Source of the DNA: a virus
Taxonomy: Duplodnaviria > Caudoviricetes
Virus record (IMG/VR): IMGVR_UViG_3300044674_004592
Span: 1 to 30,571 of that record
Length of the DNA: 30,571 bases
Reading direction: 5' to 3' (one strand)
Below are positions 8,301 to 17,000 of the stretch, piece after piece (within the stretch, counting starts at the first letter, position 1; each line of letters opens with the position of its first letter). The notes under the pieces were generated by a model that worked only from the letters and a program-made list of their open reading frames with translations, searched no databases and was not told the origin of the DNA. The position numbers and the translations under genes are program-made.

Positions 8301-10537
8301 TCTGATCCTTCAAGTTCAGATCTTTCAATAAAGTTAACATCAAAGTGACCCCAGTCATTACCTGTACCAGAAGCATCCCATGTCCAATTTGTAAATTCAT
8401 AAATTAGCCATTGGTAAGTTCCACCGGAATCTTTTGCACTTCGAATGAAAATCTGACCTTTTGGACTAGATGAAATACCATCTAGATAATTAAATAAACT
8501 ATCTGCTCTACGACCTGAATCAGTTAAGTCGTCAATGTATAATCTTGTTGCCTGTGTGACATCAGCGTTATCAATGTACCAATGATTGAGTCCTGGGAAT
8601 TGTCCCTGTGTTGTATTAGTATCAAAGTCATATTCAAATGATATACCACCATCAAAGCCCATAGTTCCTTGGACGCCCTGAAGGCCTCTAGAACCTTGGA
8701 TACCAGTAATACCTTGAACACCCTGAGAACCGGTTAAACCTTGAACACCAGAACCACCTTGTAAACCTTGAACGCCTTGGAGTCCTTGTTCACCTTGAAC
8801 ACCTTGTGGCCCGACATCACCTTGAATACCTATTGTTCCTTGAACACCTTGGATTCCTTGCAGACCCTGGTCACCATTTCTAATAAATGAAATACGAACA
8901 TCAGTTAAGTCTGCCATTAAAGTCACACCGTTAAGATGTGTCACATCTACATCCCAATAACCAGTTCGGTCTGTTACGCCTGTAATCTCAAATGTTGCTT
9001 GGTCGTAAATATTATCTGCATTTGTAAGTTTGAAGAAACCTTTTGTTGCACTTGTCACACTGGTTAAGAATGACATGACGCCGTCCATTACTTGGACATT
9101 ACCATCATCTCTGTCATCAATAAACATTTTACCAGCACCAGCAAATGATGCATTATCAAAGTTTAATATACCTTGACCTGGGTCTGTATTTGCAGTTGAA
9201 GTACTAAATGTATAATCGTATGAAATGCCTCCAAAAGCACCTCTGAAACCTTGAATTCCCCTTGGTCCCTGAAGGCCTTGAACACCTTGGATTCCTTGTG
9301 GGCCATCTCGACCTTGTAAGCCTTGTGTACCAGTATCACCCTGAATACCAGTTGCGCCTTGAATTCCTTGTGGTCCTATCTGACCTTGTAATCCTTGATT
9401 ACCCTGTAAACCTTGGATACCAGTAGTGCCTTGAACACCCTGAATACCTTGAGTTCCAACCAATGCGAATGAAACTACAACACGAGGAGATGAAGTATAA
9501 TCGCCAGTTGTGGCTGAACCATTTAGGTATGTGGTTGATAATGTAAACCAACCTGTATTATCAACAATATCATTAACTTCATATAATGAGAATTTGCTAA
9601 TATCTGAAACTTGTGTAATTTTAATGAATGCCTTAACAGGACCGGCAACGTTGTCAAATGAATTAATTGTATCTGAAATATCTGTGTTAGGAAATGCTGC
9701 TATTGAATCTATATAGATTTCATTAACATCTGCAACTGCTGTATTTGCAAAAGTTAAATTACCTGAACCTGGGTCTACTGTGGCAGTTGCTGCACCAAAG
9801 TCATATTCAAATGTTACGCCACCATAAGAACCGGCATAACCTTGGAAACCAGTATCACCTTGAATACCTGTGGTACCTTGAACACCTTGGAGACCTTGAG
9901 TACCTTGGAAATTACGAGGCCCTTGAACACCTTGGATACCAGTAGTACCTTGAACACCTTGAGGTCCTCTTCGGCCTTGAATACCTTGAATACCTAAATC
10001 ACCTTGGACACCCTGAACGCCTTGAACTCCTCGTTCACCTTGGAAACCTCTAAAGCCTCTTTCGCCCTGGATACCTTCATTACCTATAGGCCCCTGTACA
10101 CCTTGGACACCTTGAACACCCTGAAGGCCTTGCACCCCTCTAAATGAACCAATGTTAACCCAAACTGAGCCATCATAAATCCATAAGGTATCATCTGATT
10201 GGTCGATAACGCCATCGCCTACAGTTGCTGCAGGGAATGCTGTATTTAATGAGGATTGGTCACCTGGACCAGCGATTGAACCAATGATTGTGAAACCTGG
10301 GCCATAATCACCTTGTACACCTTGGAAACCTTGGATACCAGTAGTACCTTGAGTTCCTTGCGGCCCAGTTCCTAAAGGCAACCAAGCAGTGCCATCTGAG
10401 TACCTTAATTCTCCATTATCAGCATAAACGACAGCACCCTCGAAAGGTACAGGGTCTAACTGAATTGGGAAAGTTTGCGGTACACCATGGCCGATTACTA
10501 GGCCTCTTCCCGAAAGTGTTCCAAATCTACTGGACAT
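5351..10537 (-). CDS. Collagen-like tail fibre with five globular repeats and a C-terminal intramolecular chaperone (peptidase S74) (1728 aa)
   Basis: Extensive G-X-Y triplets (GIQ, GVQ, GLQ, GPQ, GAQ); five GG[VIL][ST][FY].[YW].F domains; C-terminus SDRTLKENI..ALDKVLALRGVNF..VGLIAQEIEEILPEVV..SVSYANIVGLLIEAIKEQQ is a typical S74 domain, with Ser1643 at 5609-5611. SD GGAG upstream. Confidence 0.9.
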   Translation of the reverse strand: MSSRFGTLSGRGLVIGHGVPQTFPIQLDPVPFEGAVVYADNGELRYSDGTAWLPLGTGPQGTQGTTGIQGFQGVQGDYGPGFTIIGSIAGPGDQSSLNTAFPAATVGDGVIDQSDDTLWIYDGSVWVNIGSFRGVQGLQGVQGVQGVQGPIGNEGIQGERGFRGFQGERGVQGVQGVQGDLGIQGIQGRRGPQGVQGTTGIQGVQGPRNFQGTQGLQGVQGTTGIQGDTGFQGYAGSYGGVTFEYDFGAATATVDPGSGNLTFANTAVADVNEIYIDSIAAFPNTDISDTINSFDNVAGPVKAFIKITQVSDISKFSLYEVNDIVDNTGWFTLSTTYLNGSATTGDYTSSPRVVVSFALVGTQGIQGVQGTTGIQGLQGNQGLQGQIGPQGIQGATGIQGDTGTQGLQGRDGPQGIQGVQGLQGPRGIQGFRGAFGGISYDYTFSTSTANTDPGQGILNFDNASFAGAGKMFIDDRDDGNVQVMDGVMSFLTSVTSATKGFFKLTNADNIYDQATFEITGVTDRTGYWDVDVTHLNGVTLMADLTDVRISFIRNGDQGLQGIQGVQGTIGIQGDVGPQGVQGEQGLQGVQGLQGGSGVQGLTGSQGVQGITGIQGSRGLQGVQGTMGFDGGISFEYDFDTNTTQGQFPGLNHWYIDNADVTQATRLYIDDLTDSGRRADSLFNYLDGISSSPKGQIFIRSAKDSGGTYQWLIYEFTNWTWDASGTGNDWGHFDVNFIERSELEGSDSSPGTSWANGAAAVYGDTANITFIPAGQTGSQGIQGVIGPQGVQGIQGEQGIYGGLSFQWLFSSNTIGGTDPGTNNFKFNNANPQNATLITIDDIPDDQYDTEVDDFLDFIAAQPGAIKGYLKIQRGAGDALQGPGGHHWLIYEITGWTWDGVGKNYGFWDVTFVDGNVTDWDTQVSQVHGPETVITFIPKGPAGIQGPQGTTGIQGQTGAGLQGIQGLQGIQGFTGLQGAEGSFGGITFDYTFLTDIVNNDPGIGNVKFNNGTYSSVTAIYIDDRDDNFVNIEPFLRTIDDSTSPIKGHVKITKKSQPEIFQIFTISALAELTGYFNITVAFVSGNGTFANSEDVTITFARTGDAGATGAIGPQGVQGIQGNLGLQGLQGTDGAGAQGATGADGIQGPAGLQGADGAIGVQGVQGLQGADGSQGAAGFQGAGGTGAQGIQGIQGLTGSQGIGGVGSDGFQGTQGIQGPEGPDGAQGLQGADGGAGQPGPAGAQGSSGPQGLQGIQGIQGGGSSGTQGPAGFQGSIGPQGVQGADGDAGVGVQGPAGPQGIQGTDGSSGAGFQGIQGVQGTTGTQGALGIGGEGAQGPAGPQGIQGVQGRDGAGDIGVQGPAGPQGITGIQGPDGGAGGSGAQGIQGPQGADGDDGAQGAAGTGSAGAQGPAGPQGSDGTAGTLGSQGPTGGPGPQGVQGIQGNPGFQGADGVATGGIQGFTGAPGPQGQNGFQGTQGTRGFQGSASSGLDGFQGIQGPIGPQGTTGGSGPIGPQGPAGSGSATTIQTSTIHGSSVESTPMFVTFVQDSSTARTLYATTSPNPGSQSNFFYTANIDELQLENITIAGSATLGGSTITSWPTGGGGGSGTLNNIVEDTTPQLGGNLDGQAFDITTTGDITAADFNSTSDRTLKENIETIPNALDKVLALRGVNFNMIGQEERKVGLIAQEIEEILPEVVNTNEDGIKSVSYANIVGLLIEAIKEQQEQIQKLK
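5995..10370 (-). repeat. Collagen G-X-Y triplet tracts (9-bp periodic ACCTTG/ACCCTG on the + strand)
   Basis: Visible periodicity; the longest tract spans about 5995-7240. Confidence 0.9.
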
Positions 10538-10564
10538 TAATTTTCTCCGTATTCCTCATTAATA

Positions 10565-10572
10565 TATTTATT
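10565..10572 (-). promoter_or_regulatory. T4-type late promoter-like motif AATAAATA
   Basis: In the 40-bp gap, 27 bp upstream of the collagen fibre ATG. Confidence 0.6.
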
Positions 10573-10577
10573 TGTTG

Positions 10578-11003
10578 TTAAACAACATCATCTTCCTCTG
10601 ATTGACCTAATGTAAATGATAGTGTTGAATGAATAGACAGGTCTGCACTTGCCTTTGCTTCAAGAATATCACCACTCTTTAGGAATTGACCATTCAGAGG
10701 TATGGGAATTGTGTCATATCCTGGTACTGGTAAATTTCTTAAAATGTAATATGTAATATTTTCATCATAACGATAAACTTGTACATCTACATTCACAGTG
10801 TTTGCTGTTGTATTACATAACACTAGTGGAGAAATAACTTCACCAACACCTGGTTCAACTGTAGTCGACCCACCAAAAACAAGCTCTGGAACTTCATAAT
10901 TTGGTACATTAATTATTTCCTGCCAGTTAGTGGATAGAACTAAATTCTTAGCTACCGGTTTCGCGTCCGGCGCTTGAGATGTTTGTATTGTTGTTATTGG
11001 CAT
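10578..11003 (-). CDS. Conserved hypothetical virion protein (141 aa, all-beta), likely partner of the giant protein
   Basis: SD-like AAGGA/AGGA upstream. Pattern ..LCNTT.N.V.VDV.V....Y.IL..L.VP.....PL.G..L.SGD.L...AS resembles the small ORFs that follow giant fibre genes in marine T4-like phages (recalled, not searched). Confidence 0.65.
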   Translation of the reverse strand: MPITTIQTSQAPDAKPVAKNLVLSTNWQEIINVPNYEVPELVFGGSTTVEPGVGEVISPLVLCNTTANTVNVDVQVYRYDENITYYILRNLPVPGYDTIPIPLNGQFLKSGDILEAKASADLSIHSTLSFTLGQSEEDDVV

Positions 11004-11024
11004 TTTTCTATCCTATATTCCTTA

Positions 11025-14000
11025 TTAAATTACTGCTCTACTATTAGATGCACGTCTTGCAAGTTTCCTTACTGATGATGTAAATGGTCTTCCTTCAATT
11101 CTTCCTGTTCGACCATTAATTCTCAATCCTCTTGCGAAGTACTGGTTATTCAATTCGTCTGCACCCGACCATCTAATTCTACCACCATCTTCATTTAGTA
11201 CCGAAGCAACCGCCGATATAGCAGCACCAAGGTTTCTGAAGTTCAATGGTAAGGCGTTTCTGTTAACACCAGCCGAAGCACCATTGAACTGGTGAGCAAT
11301 TGATTCAACCAATGAACCAAATGTAAGCTTCTGAGGTCTTAATATATTACCTTTCAAGCAATCATTAAATAAACCTTCGACCATTAAACTGTGTGTTGAG
11401 TTTGGTGAGTAATTATTTACAATATAATCTCTCATTCTGTCCCAAGCACCAGTAAATGCATCTAGTAAGTCGGTATTGTTAGTACTATCTAATTGCCATG
11501 CACTACCATCCCAATAATATATTGTACCAGCATATTCACTGACATTCATATCAGTGGCAACAATATAAGCATGATTTGGCTTCATTCCAGTTATGGCAGC
11601 AAGGTTTCCATTTGAAACAGGTCCTTGTACACTTCCTTGGTATTTCAATGCCGGATTAGATGGATTGAATACTGGGAATACATGTTTACCTTGCCAATCA
11701 AAGAATGCAGCAGTATATGTCATTGTTGCATTTGAACTACCATTTGTTGTGTAGCTCGGAGCAGGAACTGTGACATCTTCATACTTAAAGTCATTTTCAA
11801 TTGCTGTCAGAAGGTTCTTAGCATCTCTTCTAGTTAAATTGATATCAATATATTTATAAGTAGCACCCACATATCTTACAGTATCAAACGCTAGATCTTG
11901 TCTATTTTGTTTAATAATGTCTAAGGCATCTTCAAATATTGAATTTGTATATGTTGGTTCTTCCTTAGCAAGTAGATATTTTGTATCTTTATAAATTTGT
12001 GTCTTGTAGAACATATCAGCAAGTTTTTGTACTTTTGCAGCCTCTATGTCACTAGCAATTTCTTGTGTTCCTACAGTCATTCCTGGATATTTGCCGATAA
12101 CTATATCTTTACAAATGCGACCTAATTGTCTGTAAGATTTTGCTGTTGGTATTCTCTGATCTTCAGGAATTCTATAAGCATTATTCCAGAAGTAGAAATC
12201 AGCATTCCATCTTGAGGCAGTATTACCACCAAAGTTCAAGTCAAAGCTGAATGCGTCAAGCAGATAACCTGTATCACGTCTACATTTATCTCTATTATAA
12301 TCAAGAGCACCAAATTCTGTATTAATGTAATCTGTGAGATCTTGAGCAAGAATCTCTGTATTATCATCAATTTGTTGAGCAGCACCAAGAAGTTCTGAAT
12401 CAACCCAAGCTGTATTTGCCTGTTCAGGTCCAGGTAATCCTGCTAGAGAGTCATTACGGATAACGTCCTCAACATAACCAATTAATTCGGAAACCCTAGC
12501 ACCCTCTACTGCAGTTGCAGGAGTACCTGAAGTATCTTGTGTTGAGTCTGTGTATGTTGTATTTGCAACATCAATCTCTTGTACGATATTTTCTACAACT
12601 GTTCCTAAGTAATTGTAAACATCAGCTGTTTGTATTCTTGTATCAGCAGGTAGTACACTTACACCATTCTCAAAGTAAATTTGAGATGTGATTCTTGTAG
12701 CAGAGTTTGTATCGTATTGTACATCATGTGAAATTGCATCAACAAGATATCCGATATCACGTCTACACTTAAACTTAGGATAACTTAATCCATTCCATAC
12801 ATTTGAAATATAACTTAATACATTATCAGCAAGAGCAACTGCATTGTCTTCCATTAATTCCTTGGAATCAACATAGTTTGCAGCCTGCCATGTTTGTAAT
12901 GGTTCAATTTTTTCAGGTAGATTTGCAATTGTTGGATTTAAATCATCTACTGTATTTGCAACAATCATTGTAAGATTTTTAGCAGCAGTAGCTGTTAGAG
13001 GATTAGTAGCAACATGAACTGTATCTTGTGCAACTGCGTTTCCTACTGTAGCTGTGACAGCTGTTCTTTGTACAACATGTTCAATGGTATTTGCTAAATG
13101 AGTAAATGCCTCTTTTGTAGCTTGTTGTTGATTTTTAGGTAGTGTATTTACAGCATTTTCAAAATACATACCAGCCGCGTTGACTGTACATGCATTACCA
13201 CCATATTGAATATCGTGTGAAACTGCATCAATAATATAACCTGTATCTCGTCTGCACTTATCTTCGTTATATGGTAATACCTCGAAGTATTGAGCAAGAT
13301 ATCCTAATACTCCACCTTGAACTGTAGCTTTAATTCCATCAAGTTCAGTCACAGCATCTTGATATTCTTGATTATAAGCACTTGCTGTAGGTTCAACAAC
13401 ATCAGGCATACCATCTAGATCATTTTCGGAAATTGCATCAGCAACGATGTTGAATAAATCTTGAACTGTTTGTCCTAAGACAACACCAGCACTTCCTGAA
13501 CTAAAGTCTTGTGATGCAGCATTACCAACAGATTTTAATCCACCGATATTTGTATCTTGAACAATCAATTCAGCACAAGCCGCAATGTGAGCAAACGCCT
13601 GAGCAGTTGGAGCTCTTTGGTCCTCAGGTAATACACTTAAGGCATTTTCAAAGTAAAGTTTTGCATTGTTAATTGAGGCAGAATTACCACCATGCATGAT
13701 ATCAAATGAAACTGAATCCACAAGATAACCAACATCACGTTCACATTTTGCTACATCGTATGTTAGTGAAGCATGATTTACTGCCAACCAAGCTGTCATT
13801 TCAGCCTGTAGGAATGCTTTATTGTTTTGTAATTGAGATCTTGCATTGATACCATTATTACCATTAGCACTTACTGTACCAAATGTAATAGTATCAGCAT
13901 TACCAGAACCATTGCCCATAATATCTATGATTTCATTAAAGGCATTTGTTGCTCTTTCCTGAGCACCAGTATCTGTAATTGCAGCAACTGCAATATCTCT

Positions 14001-17000
14001 GGCGTATTCAACAGCTTTAACTGTTTCTGTTAATTGTTCATTAACAACTAAATTTGTTCCAGTAGTACCTGAGCGATATGCCAATCCATTGAATACAGCA
14101 TTAAAGTTTGAATCAGTTAACTGGTCTCGTTTTACAGCATCAATAATAATACCTACATCACGTTTGCACTTATCGCCATCGAATGTAAAGTATCTATCGT
14201 TAAGGTATGCAATGATTTCTTCTTGTAAGAACTCTCTGTTCTTTTGAAGTTGTAAACGAGCCATTGTTCTGTTCGGGTCAAATCTTGGATTTGTTGCTGT
14301 TGGAATATTTTCAGTCTCATCATCATCAACAAGATTTGCGATTGTATTAATTAAATCGTGTACACTTTGAGCAGTAGCAACATCAGCTGGTATTCCAGAA
14401 GTATCCTGAGTTGGTACTGTGTTTGCATTTGAAACACTTACAGCTGTTTCAATAGCTACATTTGCAGCAACATCTGCAAGGTGAGCAAATGCAAGTCTTG
14501 TTGGTTCACGTTGTTCGTATGGAAGAATATTAATACTTTCTCTTAAACCTGAAACATTAGCAGTATCTGGTAAGGTAGCAAATTGCCCTTTCACTTCTAA
14601 TGGTAGAACATTTGTTGCTCTTAATTGTTCATACGCAGCACTAACATCTGGGTCACGAGTAAAGTAATATGTTGCTGCCTCTATTGTGGAAGCATTTCCA
14701 CCATATTCAATATCCTTAGATATAGCATCAACAATTAATCCAACATCACGCTTACATTTTGCTTTGTTATATGGTAATCCATTATATTCATCTCTGATAT
14801 AATCAATGACACTTGATTGTAATGTTTCTGTTCTGCCATCAATTTTGTTGACAGCTGAAGTATAACCAGATTCGATTTGTGGTTCATCGTATGAAGGCAA
14901 CCATTCAAGAGTATTATCTCTTATTACATTGACAGTAAGTCCAATTAAATCTCTTACCGCATTACCGATATTGATACCAACATCTGTTAGTGTAAGGTCT
15001 TGAGTTGCACCATTACCTGTTGTAGGCGTTACAGCAACATCTCTTACAATGTTATAACAAACCTCGGCAATGTGAGCCCAAGTTTTTGCTGTTGGTAAAA
15101 TTTGGTCAGTAGGCAATACAGCGATAGCATTGTCGTAATACATTCTTGCAAAATTGACAGACGCAGCATTTGAGCCGTGTTGTATATCCCAAGATATTGC
15201 ATCAACCAAGAAGCCTGTATCACGCTCACATTTAGCAACATTATAAGTTAAACCTGGGAATGTTTCTGCAATATATGCGGTGACCTCGGCCTGTAGGAAT
15301 GCTTTATTTAATTGTAATGCTGTTCTTGCCTCTGTATGGCTAGCACTTACCTCGTCAGTACCGAATGCAATGACATCAGCATTTGCTTCACCATTTGATA
15401 AAATGTCAATAATTTCATCAAAGGCAACATTACTTCTTGTAAGAGCACCACCAGTGAGTTCGGTAGCAATTTCTGATTTCAGATATTCAATTGCACCAAC
15501 TGTTTCGGTAAGTTGTTCTTGGTAAACTAATTGAGCACCAGCACCACCTAATCTATATGATAGGCCAGCAAAGACAGAGTTATAATTTGAACCTGTAGCA
15601 ACATCTCTGCGAACTGCATCTAAAATTAAACCTGTATCTCTTGAACATTTATCGCCATCAAAGATGAAGTATTGTGTATCAAGATATGCCATTACTTCTT
15701 CTTGTAGGAATGTTCTATTTGCCTGTAATTGTTCTCTAGCTCTTTGTCCAGCTGAATTGTAAGTAAGTCTTGCAACAGCATTATTGGAAACACTTACAAA
15801 TGTATGAGCACCACCTGAACCAACACCAACATTAACTGTGATATCATCACCAGCGACAACTGTGACCTCCATTGGAGCTCTATAATTACCATCGCCTTTT
15901 CTTGGATATGAGTGTTCGGTTGCATTACCATCTTGAGCACAAGTAAATGTGAAACTATATGGTAAGAATTCTATGTAATCACCTTGTGCAATATTATGAC
16001 CTGGGATTGTCACTACACTTAAACCAGTGACTGGGTCATAGGTTGCTGTTGTTGGAGTATAGAATTGTTGAATTGAGGCTGGGTCAGTCCAAAGAATTGG
16101 GTCAGCATCAATTGCATTTACATCAGCTCTAACAAATGTATGAGCACCAGTATAACCACCAGCATCACCAACATTCATTGTAATTGTGTCAGCAGTGACA
16201 GCAGTAATTCTTACAGGTGTTTTGTAATATGGGTCAGCAGGTCTTGGGTGTGTAATCTCATCACCATTACATTCGAATGTGATACTTAAAGGTTTAAATT
16301 GAATGAAATCACCTTTAACAAGATTATGTTTTCCAATTGTTGCTGTCATTACACCAGTGACTGGGTCATAGGTAGCAGTACTTGGAGTGTATGATGAATT
16401 ATAACTTGCAAGTTTTACTGAATTTGCGTTTGCACTAATAAATGTATGAGCACCAGTATAACCATTTGCATCGCCAACATTACATGTAATTGTTGTGGCA
16501 GAAACCTTATCAATAGAAATTGCCTTTCTGTAATAAGGGTCAGTTGGTCTTGGGTGTGAAATTTGAACAGCAGGTGAACCACATTCAAATGTGATACTTC
16601 CATCTGCAATATAAATGCTTTCACCAACTTGTAAATCGTGTGAACCGATTGTTAATACCATCACACCAGTTATTGGGTCGTATGTGGCATTTGTTGGTGT
16701 GTAAGTTTTACCTTCGTTATTTAAAATATCAATCATTTGGTCGAATGATTCATTACTTAAATGTTCAGCACTTGGGTCGGTAATTACATTATTAGCAAAT
16801 AATTGTTTTAATTCTGTGATTGCACCAACAGTTTGTGGTAATTGTTGTTCGATTACAACATCACCGTGAGCACCACGATAAGCTTCACCAGATTGAATTG
16901 CGTTGAAATTACTTCCTGTAATAACATCTCTTTGAACAGCTGGAATAATATATTCTAGTTGGTCACGCTTACATTTATCTGAGTCGTAGATAAAGTAATT

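Noticed and set aside
16023-16464. Exact 21-25-bp repeats considered as a DGR template/variable pair or recombination sites
   Set aside because: Short identities within duplicated protein domains; no adenine-specific mismatch pattern was noticed, and there is no reverse transcriptase or recombinase in the window.
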